In this document: positions 23,271 through 35,124 of the stretch, one piece after another
How positions within the stretch are numbered: position 1 is the stretch's first letter
Layout: each line of letters opens with the position of its first letter
Origin: Macrostomum lignano
Lineage: Eukaryota
NCBI GenBank assembly: GCA_002269645.1
Contig: NIVC01001110.1
Span: 1-64,000, forward strand
Reading direction: 5' to 3'
DNA length: 64,000 nt
Translations under genes and position numbers: made by a program
Notes under the pieces: generated by a model
Told to the model about the DNA's origin: nothing
Database searches by the model: none
What the model saw: the letters and a program-made list of their open reading frames with translations, nothing else

Positions 23271-24939
23271 GCTCAAAACCCCAAAACCCACCCCACCAGG
23301 TGGCCTTCAGACCCCAGGGAAGTTGACAGGTGCGGTCCTAAATCATGTGCAAAGTATAATAAAAGTCACTTGTCTAGACATCCTGGCGCCAAAAGTGACT
23401 GTAAAACGCCCATAAATCAAAAGAGAAGGTAACAGAGCGAGTGGGGAGAAAGCTGGAAAGACCTCTTTGACCCAGACAGGCTGGAGCCAGAAGTGACAGC
23501 TAGACCGCCATGAGTCACTAAAAACAGTGAAAAAGTCACAAATCAGGGGGTCAGAATGAGGTTAAAAAAATTTTTCCCAGACTTAGTGTCGCTTGTCGAT
23601 CTAGACTGTTAGAGGTCAATCCGTCTCAGACCCAGACAGCCTGACCTTCAAAGATGCGTAAACAACCCAAAATTAAAATCCTAAGGGAAGTACATTGAGT
23701 TGAGTATATATCTAATTAATAATAATGTCATAAATTAGTATAGTGCGGTTTGCGGTTTTAAGATTGAAAAAAGATGCGTCCTCATCAAATAGTATTGAGA
23801 ACTACATGTAATACGACCACTTTTTGGATATTTTAGGTAATTATTATGTGTGAAAAAAGTTTATATAATTTAGCTATTTAAATATGAAGTTTTTATTACA
23901 TTTAATAAAAGGATTTCTTCATACAGTTTTATGCATTTTATATGGGCTTGTTTCAGGATTTACGTCGAAATACGATCAGCTTTTTATGTTATTTAAGAAA
24001 AGGATGCTGTGAAATAGAAAAAAATGGACTTGTTAAATAAGTGAATTTTTAAGTAAGTTAATATAGCTTTTTTATTACGACTATATGTATTTTGCTGCTA
24101 AACAAATGCAAAAATTGTGTGACAGAAGCATTGTGTAGTAGTCTTCGTGGAAGTTTAATAACTCAATTAAATTCAATAGCTGTTTGAGACGTTAGCTAGC
24201 TTTATTTTAATTATTTTGTTTAAACAAGTGCATCTAATGAAATCAACTTCAAATTCAAAATAGAGTTTAATTTGCAGGTTTTTTGTTTTTATAGTTTATT
24301 ATGAGCCTGCTCCCTGGGCAAACACTTTAAAAACACCAAAGTAAAACTATTCATAGCTGAAAAATAACTTGTAATGAAAAGGAGTCTGTACTAATGATAT
24401 CGACATAATAAGAGATGGTCTCATGGCATGTTTAGGTTGAATTTCTAATAGAATTTGCATCGACTAAACGCAGTCTTGTTAGCTCAAAAAGAAAGTAAAA
24501 AAAAAAGAAGACAGTTTTTTAGTACTGAAGGTACGGTTAAAAATATTTGCTTGGATTTGGTCATTGAGACAATGTTTTATTTAAATTATTTTATGTCGGA
24601 ATAATTTTAGGAATATATGTAGGCTTTAACGTACATGTAAATTGCAAAGCAAAATATAGCATAATCTTTTAGTCACACTAATCATGAATGACGAAATTTT
24701 TGTTTTTAAATATGGTATTTAATTTATAATTCAGATTCAATATGCTTTTAAAAGTGTTTCTTCCTAAGGCCTGCATTTTCCTAGATTTTACTACATTGTC
24801 CTCAGTCGACGTTGCTACTTAGACTAGAAATTCCATTTTGGACATGGGTTCGCCTTAATTTCTTATCGTGGACTTTGTATATGTCAATTGCTAGAGTTGC
24901 TCCAAAAACTTCAGAGCTTAATGCGGGCGAACAAGTTCA

Positions 24940-27900
24940 ATGAAATCCTCAGATGATGCCGACAGCTCAGCAGTCACCTCAAAAAACCACCAGACGGCTC
25001 AGCCATCGCAGACAGTCGCCAGAAATCCACTGCTTCACCGGCACTCGTCAAAGATCCTCAGACTAGCAGGCGATGGAGACTTACCTGGCACGCGCCTGGC
25101 CGCCAGTCCGAGCTACCAAGGCGTTATGCTCGGCGACTTGGCCAACGTGCCACCTGAGAATAGCCGCGTCGTACGCATCTTTCTATCGTCGACCTTCTCC
25201 GACATGTCGGCGGAGCGCAACTACCTCATGCAGCGCGTCAATCCCCGGCTGAAGAGGTTCTGTAGAGACACCTACGGACTGGAATTTCACACCATCGACA
25301 TGCGCTGGGGCGTAGGCGACGATGTTCAACTAGATCATCGGGGTCCGGAAATCTGCTACCAGGAAATTCAGAATGCCCTACTGACGTCAGCCGGCCCCTA
25401 TTTTATTTGCCTTCTCGGTCAACGGTATGGCAATCAGCCGCCAGCTGCAACCGTGGAGACTGACACCTTTGAAAAGATTATTTCGGCTCTTACAGCCGAT
25501 GGCCAGGACGTGTCCTGTCTGCGGGACTGGTACGCCATTGACGTCAACAGTCAGCCGCCGGTTTGCGTGCTGAAGCCGATTGCGACACCGGCTGAGGCGG
25601 TGAGCTGTGGATACTTTATAGTACCTGTAAAAATTAACACGAATTATTGTGGAAAAAGTGGATAAGTAGTACGAACTTCGGTCACAAATTCATAGGTAAA
25701 TAAGCAATTCCAAGGAAACGGTACTGGCCAACACGAATTTTATACCAAAAATTATGAGATGTGACCTTACAGAAATCAACTCCACCTTCCAGGGAAATGA
25801 GACACCCCTGCTTGAGTCTCAGTGCCGAGTTCGCGATCTATTTCGCTCATTTCTGCATTAAGCAGCATATAAATATTCAATATTAGTGGTGTTGTTTAGC
25901 ATTTTAGTAGAATTAAGTGATTTTTCTTCATGGTTCTTGATCAAATGAGCAAACGAAGCGTGTTTTGCTTGTTGCTATAATCGTTAAATACGAGCGTGAT
26001 CTCTACCGAAACTTTTTAGACCGATAAGGAGTTTCTTAGAAAGGCTCATCAGAGCTGGGCGGCTGTGAGCGATCGCCTAATTGACTTGATGCGAAGAGGC
26101 GCCGAGCTCTGCTTCCAATGCGGCCAAATTTCGCAGATGCAAATGAAGAAACTCACCGCTTCGGTCACGGAGACGGAGATTCTGAATGGAATTTTGTCAA
26201 TGCCCGAGAAGAAGCTGGCGCAGGCGCTGGCATTTGTCAGGGAGTACTCCAATCTGGAGACGCAGCGCGATCTGTCCCGCGGCAAGCTGTTTAAGTTTAT
26301 CGACCTAATGGATTCTGTCGACGAAGCTGGCAAGCCAGTGAAGGTTATTAACCCCACTGTGAACCAGATGGTAAAGCAACTCAATGAAAGTGTTCTAACT
26401 AGTTTGCCCAGCTCAAATGCATTTAAATACTCGCTCGAATGGACCGACGATCACGATGGCGCAAGTTTGGACTCGAAAGAAAACTATCTAGAGCGCTTCG
26501 GTAATGACTATTGCTGTGAAGTTCAGCGACTTGTGGCCGAATCCGTGCGGGAGAGCATGCGGCTCCGATCCGACGATCTCTACTCGGAGGTGCTGCAGCA
26601 CTCGACTGCGTGCGTCAACTACGTGAAGAAGTTCCAGGGTCGGCAAGAGATCATCGACAAGGTGAAAGCTTATGTGCAAGCGAGCAACACAATGGAGCCT
26701 CTGGTGGTGTACGGCGACTCGGGCAGCGGCAAGACCTCTCTACTTGGCAAGGCCGCCAGTCTGGTGCGAAGCTGGTTGCCAGAGTCCGATTCCAAAGATG
26801 CCATCGTGCTGTTGCGATTCCTCGGCACCAGTCCCGGTACGTCGATCATTCGACAGACACTCAAGTACCTGTGCCGTCAGCTCGCTGTGTTCGGCAACGA
26901 GGACGACCAGGAAAAGTGCGAGTCGCTCGACGACTTCAAGGAGATCTTGAACATCTTCTACTCCATGCTCGAACGCATGGGCCAGTTCAGGAGAATCTTG
27001 GTGTTCCTTGACAGTGTTGATCAGCTGGACAGCTCTGACGGTGCCTACCATCTGACGTGGGTGCGGACGCCATTGCCTGCCAACGTGAAGATGGTTGTGT
27101 CCACGCTGCCCAACATGTTCGACCTGCTGAGGACATTCAAAGGGAAACTGCCGAACCCAGACATCTACGTAGAGGTGACGCCACTGGAGACCAGTCTGTG
27201 CACCAGCATTTTGTCGGCTCTGCTCAGCGAACAAGGTCGCACTCTGAACGAGCAGCAATGGGCTCTGGTCGAGCAGGCATTCTCCAAGTGCTCACTGCCA
27301 ATCTATGTTCACCTGCTGTACCACGAGGTTTTGAGATGGCGCTCTTACCAACAGGTGGATGAGTCGTCTCTGCGCTACACCGTTCGTCAGGCAATCTTTC
27401 AGCTGTTCGAGAAACTCGAGTTGAAGCACGGCAGGCTGTTTGTAAGTACTTCATGTTAGTTACAGTAGCCCAGGCTAGTGAGAATAACCCACTACTATCC
27501 ACTTATCTACAGTGATTGGATTTGCTTTTCCAGACATCTCACGCCCTGGCATTCATCACTGCATCGAGAAACGGACTGTCAGAGTCGGAGCTGGAGGATC
27601 TGCTCAGTCTGGATGACGCCGTCCTCATTGACGTGTTTCAGCATCACCTGCCGCCCTTCATCTGCATCCCGCCGATCTGCTGGGCTCGACTTCGTCACGA
27701 CATTGGCTCTTACCTGGTCGAGAGAGAGGCGGACAACATCCGAGTAGTGTTCTGGTACCACCGACAGTTCATCGAGGTGGCTCAGGAGTACTTCTTGTCG
27801 GACGAAAAGACCAGACGGGACATTCACTCCATCATGGCAGACTACTTCTTGGGTCTGTGGAGCGGCAGGAGAAAGAAGTTCGTGTACCCAGCCTATCTGC

Positions 27901-30900
27901 GCAAGAAGCTCGTAAGTGATGACCGCTGCAGTTGATCTGCTCTCTGAAACGCCTTCAATTCGTTCTCACTGCTCCCCTCCAGAACCTGCCCGAGTTCTCA
28001 ATGGAGGACCGAGCCGTTCCCGAGCAGCCATTCGTGCTCCGCAAAGATGAGGACGGCACTGCTCAGTACAACCTGCGAAAGCTGAACGAGCTGCCGTGGC
28101 ACCTCATCAAGTCCGGTCGAGTGAACGAGTTCTACGACTACATTGTGTTTGACTACGACTTCATGTTCAACAAGCTGAAGGGCACGTCTCGGTACCTGCT
28201 GCTGAGAGACCTCGACCTCCCGCAGAAGCTCGGGGTCGAGTACATCAAAGAGGCCGAGCTCGTGTACAATGCAATCCGACTCTCCGCTCAGAGTCTTGTA
28301 TACGACCCTGTCAATCTGAGCGTTGATCTCATCGGTCGGCTCATCATGTACGAGAAGGACTGTCCTCGAGTGAAGCTGCTGCTCAACCAGTGTCGCCAGT
28401 CGAAACAGGCTCTCAGCAACTGCTGCCTCATCCCGAAAGTGCAGTGCTTCGACTCCGGCTCTGGAGTTCTATACTCCAGTTTCGATCTGGGTCTTGGACT
28501 AGGCATCATGCTTCCGAATGGTCAGGTGGCGGCCTTCTCGCTCATTAATAACGACATCACGTTTTACGATATCGAGGGAAATGAGATTAAGCGTTTTCCA
28601 AGCAACTACAACTTTGCAGTTAGTTTAAAGTACCTCGCAGAGGGCAACGTGCCCGTGTCAGAGGACTGCGTGGCAACCGTGATTGCTTTGCGGGATAAAA
28701 ACATGCCGGTAGATGAGGAGGAAGTAGAATCTGCCCAGGGCTCTGGTTCAGATTCAGAACAGTACGATGTTGTTCGCCTAGACTTTATTAATGGAAAAGC
28801 TACCAAGTTGATGTCTCTGGCTCGACCACACAAACTAAGCATTCAAGATATTCATATAGTCACGGAGAACTACATCCTCCTTGGGAAAAGCCAATCAGAT
28901 ACTAGCATCGACGTGAGTTTATTGTCAATAAAAGACAATATTCTAGTTCCCCTTTTGGATGATCAGGTTTTAGTGCCCTCATCTTTCGGACGGCAATACC
29001 TGGACCCAGAGCAAGACCGTATCTGCGTTGGAATTTCCACCAAAAAGTCGAAATCCACCTTTTTACTGTTCAAAAACTTGAAGACTGGGGCAGTTTTGAA
29101 CGGAGACTTGCTCGATATATTCCGATCTGTAGACAAGTCGAATCTCGAGGCTATTTGTTCGCCATCCGACATCAGTCAACGGCCACGAAATCCAGGACTA
29201 ATCGATCTGCTGCACCAGGCGACTCACATAGCATTGGGCTGTTGCTGTTTAGCCCCAGACGGCAGCGTCGTAGCACTACTGTCGGTGCACAGTGCCGAGC
29301 TGACCGAGTGCACTATACTAGTGACATTCTGCACATGTGCTGAGGCTCTGCGGCCGACCTATATTGTAGACACCGGCTCGAGATTTCTTTCGAAATCGAC
29401 GCAATGCATTCGCAGCGCCTCTATGAATCGAATCGCATTTTTTATTGAGATGTCAACAAATAAAACTGAAAGTTCCAGTCAAACGCCCTCCATGCGCAGA
29501 GGCTACATCTACGAATGTCACTCAAAGCGAGCGGTTGAGCTCCGCATTGATGACAATCTGAGCAGATTCTCAAAGTCGCTCAAAAAGTTCGGCAAATCGA
29601 TGCGTGCATGCTTCACAGAGAATGAAAAACTGCTGGTGACCAACGAATTCCAAACTTTACTGTTAGTTTGGTCAGTGCAAACTGGCCAGCTGTTGCACGG
29701 AATCAAGGATGGCGCAGCTGAGGGAATTCTGTGCGGTCAACCCAAGGGCACTGAGTTCATGACTATCTGCTACTTTCCCAACTTTCCTGACAGCATGAAC
29801 ATCTCATTGAAGGTCTACAATCTGGGAGTCTTTAATCAGGAAAATCAGCCAGTTGAGCAGGGTGGCATGACCCTGCCATTGTTCCCCACCGGTTCGCCTG
29901 GTCCTGCTGTGCCAAAGTTGCCGGAGAGCCTCGCAAGATAGAAGTCCTCGGCGAGGAACCAAAAGATACGCTGCTGTTGGACTCCGAGTCTCTGGAAGTC
30001 AGTCGTGTCGGTGCCGCAGGCCAGGCAGACTTTGTGCGAGTTCTTATTGATGAGCCGCGAGTTGAGCTGGTCAGAAAATCGTCCAATCAAGGCAAAGTGA
30101 TTCTGGTCCTGCCCAACTGCCAGCTTGAGAACGTGCTTTCTGTTTCACAGCAGATTCAGGAACCAGATGTGAAGCCAGAACCCTGCGCCATTGAGGAGCC
30201 CAAGAAGTTTTTAGAAGACCTAGAATTCACCGTGCTAGTCACCAAGGCTTCGGATGGGACTGAGAATCGTCACGTGACATCAGCGCCGTTGCGCGAGTAC
30301 AGCAGTTTGATATTTACGTCGACACCAATTTCGCAATTCTATTCCGATTCGCCTCTAATTTTTGTTGACGAATCGAGAAAACTATTGATGTCAATGACTT
30401 TCAATAAAAGCTTTCTATCATATGATGTTGCTGTTTCGACTATTAATCTAGAAACGTTTTCCGGAGAGCAAAGCAAAATTAACTTGGAAAACCTTGAAGC
30501 GGAGCATCCATTTTCCGATCAATTTCTAAGCGTGTTTAATTACGTAATTGCCAACGAGCTCAGGCCTGCCGCTAGAAACCGAGCTCAAACAGCGGATGAA
30601 AGTAACAAGGAACTGAGCCTTTACAATCTGACTACTGGGGAAAGGCAGTCGAAAATCAATAAGTTCTTTCAGTACTACCTGCGCAACAGAACTAGCTGCA
30701 TCGAAATCCAGTTCGTTGCAGAGCAACGGATTTTGAACCTGGCGATCTCGCAAAAGGAACAGGCTGCCAAGCTGATTCGCACCGGAGTTGGCGTGCCGTC
30801 CATATGGCTTGGCTTTGTCATCCGATTGGAGTATGGCGAAACGTCAATACCGCAGTCGAGCTTGTGTCAGCGCAACAGTAAATACTTCGATATGGGGCCT

Positions 30901-33900
30901 TCAGTTGCATTTCTGAGCGACAACCAGCACCTGGTGAACTACAAGCTGCAGATTGTGGACTACATGGCAGGAGACGTGATTCGCTGTATCCGGCCGGATG
31001 AGGAGCTGCACTTTCTGCAGCTGAAGGTTAGAAGTCTTAAAAATTTAAAGCATTCCTTTCGTAACTTCTACTACGAGTAATAGGTTTGTTTACACAATTT
31101 CCCTCACGAAAAATTACAGGTCACTCGCGACGAAAGTCTTCTTGTTGGCCAGCTGTTCTTTCCATCGTACGAGGTCAACGTTGCCGCGTTTGCAAAAATT
31201 AGTGCCAACGAAAAAGAAGAGGGCACATTCGCTATTTTGCCACCGCGTTGTGTTCAGGTGAATGATCTGCATAACATTGCTGAAAAATTTCTGAGAATAA
31301 TCAGTACTCGACCGTAGCTCAGGACAGGGGGTCTTTCTCGAAAATTGCGTAAGTTCTATGGTAAGTTCGATCTTAAGTTAGAACTTTACGCTCTGCGAAA
31401 GATCAATACTAAGCCAGTTTCTCGAAACTCGCTTAGACTTTGCGTGACTTACGCGATTCGTAAGTCTAGTTAAGTCGATAAAATGTTGTCTATGGAAGAG
31501 AAGACAAAAAATCAAATCTAAAAAGCTAATTTTAATAATATGGATTTCTTGCTTTATTTTTTACTAACAGTAATAGGAATTGGGCACCAGTTTTATTTTA
31601 TTTTATTTTATTTTATTTTATTTTATTTTAGGAAAGTACCCAAAGAAATACATGCATGTACAAGCAAAAGATTATAATGTTTTAGAACGCGAGCAGTTGT
31701 TAACCAGTTTTTTTGGCTCGACAGCTAAAAGTCGTAACAGATCAACTCAATTAAAGTAGACAATCAACCCGCACAACTCCACATGGACCCCCTAAATCAC
31801 AGAACTCACCAGTTGTCGTGGACATCACTACCAATCACACCCTCAGACCAGAGTTTCTCTTCGGACGTCGGCTCTCATTGAATTCCCTGTCCTTCCAGAG
31901 GCTCCATGGCTTTCCGCATAGGTTGAACAAGTAGTATTTATTGCAGCATGCTGAAAATAATTCTTCAACGTAGAAGCGCCATAGCAATCACCACATTGAT
32001 TTCGGATCTCTAAGATTAAACACTTAAGAACGTAGTTGAGATCGCGCTTGCTCAAACTCGGATGCGGGTGCCAATGGCAAGTCACTTTAGACAGCTTCGA
32101 CTTCAGCAACACTAAACTAAGTGATTCAATGCAAATAACTCGAAAATGTCACAGAAAAGGTTTAGTAGAGATAAAGACAACTACTCACTCTTAAATATAG
32201 GATTCAATACTTGGTCACGAGTGCGCGAAGCAACACGATATATATTTCTCGTGCATTAAATGACTCCAGCCAATACGCGATCACGAGCTACGAAAGCGAA
32301 GAAGTCTGTGCTGAAAATTGAGATGAAGAAAGAATCGTAACTTTTTCTCGAGTTTCCTTATACATGCGCTGTATGTACAGCTTTCCCATTGTGTATTTTC
32401 ACGACGTTTACTTTATGTAATAAAACTATTTAACATTTAAGAAAACCGACCCTGCACCCGCCTTCTGACTGCCTATCAAAAAGTCAAATATGATACGAGT
32501 ATACATTGGCAACTGAAAGCATGAGCATACGGATGGGCCATAGAACAATGCTTTTAAACGAGCCTCATACTTTTTTCGCCATGAATTGGCTCGTTTCCGG
32601 TCCTGAGTTATCAAGTTGTCCTTGGATTTTATACATTTTTATCGTGTTACGAGTGCGCCTAGCTGGAGGGTTTTTGCCATAGACGCACAAGTCAAAGTGC
32701 TTGATTCCCATTCTTATTTAATCCAACATGTGTGGCTAAAGTAGACAAGGGTGAAGCTGGGGGTGTGGAGTTAGACTTGAACCATAGACAAAATATGCGC
32801 GAGCTAGTCTGAACATTCTTGCACGATGGAAAGAAGATTATGCTTGTAGTCTATGGCTGTTATGCTAAATATAGAAACATCGCGCATTACATTCTTGCAC
32901 GATTGACATTCCTGCACGGAGTGCACATGTAAATTCAAGGTGCTTTTACCATAGACACTTGCATTTCTGCACGCATATGGCGACTTCCAAAGCATTCTTG
33001 CACGCTGGATCAAATAAGAATACCCAGCACAGTCGTTTTTGGTAAACGGCACCAAATCAAAATTTCTCTATGGTTAAAACGTACAATGTTAATATGGCCA
33101 AACGGGGTATAAATATATCGCTCGTATTATTTCCGTTTATTTTAGTGTATGGTCTAAAGCATAAGCTTCGGACTCGCATCCAGGGCTCGGCTTTGCCTCG
33201 GCCAAAAAAAGCACATGTTCTTTGTATCTAAGGACCAACTTCCTTTACGATTAATTCGAAGTTTTCCCGAAGTGAAGCTCTCAGTGCACGATTGAGCACT
33301 ACTCAACCTGCTTTTTAAAACAGGTGTACCGCATCAGCGATGGCTCACGACTAGCCAACTATCTGTTCGAGACCAGCCCTCTTGGCTTCTGTATCTTCGG
33401 ACAGCCTGACCGAGACCTATTGGTGTTGTTTCAAAACAAGCCCCTACAACTGTTCTGTCTGGTTGAACCACCCGAAGACGCTGAGGCGACAGCAACAGTG
33501 CATTCAGTGCAGCGCACGGAAGCGGCCGAAAGTCTGGCTTCTTTGTCGCACAATGAAATGGATTACGAAAATCAACTGGACAGTCTACGTGAGCTTCTTG
33601 GTTATTTGTAATATTTTTAATTGGATTTCTTGAAGTTTTACTGGGATTATATAGTGTCCGAGCTCCGTCCCCGCTTCCTGTCCCAGAACGAGTCCTTTGG
33701 GCCTCCTGTCCCAGCACGAGTCCTTTGGGTCTCCTGTCCCAGACAAGTCCTTTGGGTCTCCTGTCCCAGCACGAGTCCTTTGGGTCTCCTGTCCCAGCAC
33801 GAGTCCTTTGGGTCTCCTGTCCCAGCACGAGTCCTTTGGGTCTCCTGTCCCAGCACGAGTCCTTTGGGCCTCCTGTCCCAGCACGAGTCCTTTGGGCCTC

Positions 33901-34612
33901 CTGTCCCAGCACGAGTCCTTTGGGTCCCCCGTACTGCACGAGTCCTTTGGATCCCCTGTCCCAGCACAAGTCCTTTGGGTCCCCCGTTACTGCACGAGTC
34001 CTTTGGGTCTCCTGTCCCAGCACGAGTCCTTTGGGTCTCCTGTCCCAGCACGAGTCCTTTGGGTCTCCTGTCCCAGCACGAGTCCTTTGGGCCTCCTGTC
34101 CCAGCACGAGTCCTTTGGGTCTCCTGTCCCAGCACGAGTCCTTTGGGTCTCCTGTCCCAGAACGAGTCCTTTGGGTCTCCTGTCCCAGCACGAGTCCTTT
34201 GGGTCTCCTGTCCCAGCACGAGTCCTTTGGGTCCCCTGTCCCAGCACGAGTCCTTTGGGTCCCCTGTCCCAGCACGAGTCCTTTGGGTCTCCTGTCCCAG
34301 CACGAGTCCTTTGGGTCTCCTGTACCAGCACGAGTCCTTTGGGTCTCCTGTCCCAGCACGAGTCCTTTGGGTCCCCTGTCCCAGCACCAGTCTTCAGGCG
34401 TCTCCAGTCCCACAGTGTCCAATCAGTCTAACAGTCTCAGTTTAACATTCCACTCAATTCAATGGATGGCAGGTGTAGCCCTGGGCCAGGCCATGCTCGA
34501 ACTGGCCGTCGCTCGCCCTTCGGACCCCGTCGCATTTCTTGCCAACGCTCTGCTACGATTGAGGCTTTCCTGCGTTGGAGACCCTCAGGTTTCCACCGAG
34601 AAGCGAGCTTAA
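24940..34612 (+). CDS. NACHT and WD-repeat (NWD1/NWD2-like) STAND NTPase: DUF4062-NACHT-divergent propeller-Dpy-30, ~2000 aa
   Basis: Exons 24940-25599, 26020-27441, 27534-27911, 27983-31026 (frame break ~29857-29941), 31120-31257, 33324-33600 and 34473-34612, all GT-AG and phase-consistent. Motifs: [21 protein letters not shown] (DUF4062), Walker A GDSGSGKT, Walker [49 protein letters not shown]. Confidence 0.88.
31591..31631. repeat. (TTTTA)n microsatellite
   Basis: 8 tandem TTTTA units in the NWD intron; could be a (TAAAA)n retro-element tail on minus. Confidence 0.9.
33580..34612 (+). other. Dpy-30 (D/D, RIIa-like) motif split by the last intron of the NWD gene
   Basis: Joining 33600 to 34473 (phase 1) gives [37 protein letters not shown], matching the Dpy-30 consensus L.qaL.el...RP.DP..fLA.yL. 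Confidence 0.7.
33675..34390. repeat. 28-bp minisatellite in the last NWD intron
   Basis: Unit GTCCCAGCACGAGTCCTTTGGGTCTCCT, ~25 copies. Confidence 0.97.
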
Positions 34613-35124
34613 TAATAAAGAATGCTTAACATTGTTGAATTAAAATATTTGCTTTACTACCAGCAAAGTATGTATGCTTACATTTCGAGGTCAAATTGTG
34701 CGTGATTTGATGACGTGCAAATGTAGAGATGAAGAATAGTGATAAACCGGTTCGTGTCGTCAGTGTGGACAAATTTTGTTTTGCTAATAACTCGTGATTC
34801 TAGTCTAACATTCTAAATCGCTTAGAACGAATGCAACGTTTTATTGTATGCTATAAATTATAAAAATGCAAACTTTTTTCAGACTTTGAATATTAATTTC
34901 TCAAATATACATTTATATAAGGTGCACAAAAGTATGCTCATCTCATACTTTCAACTTCTTTCTGGCTGCCTAATACCACTATCTACTAGTAAGTAGCATA
35001 AGTGGGATTGCTACTTGCTATTCTTGTTGATTGATTAGTATAGGAAACTTCATTTAAATACTCATAACTTTGCCTACTTTGCCCAGTTTGAATTCTGTTC
35101 ATTGCAGTTTCATTTTCCCGTGGT

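Noticed and set aside
31325-31500. PIF/Harbinger-like MITE end (GGGGGTCTTTCTCGAAA, palindromic CTTACG..CGTAAG)
   Set aside because: No matching opposite terminus or TSD found in the window.
31591-33060. 3' end of a minus-strand LINE with a (TAAAA)n tail
   Set aside because: Only vague resemblances (a CxxC near 32000; GAGSV near 32450) and no convincing RT or endonuclease motif. Left uncalled pending a RepBase search.
33334-34445. Repetitive ORFs of 245-362 aa
   Set aside because: Artefacts of the 28-bp array inside the last NWD intron.
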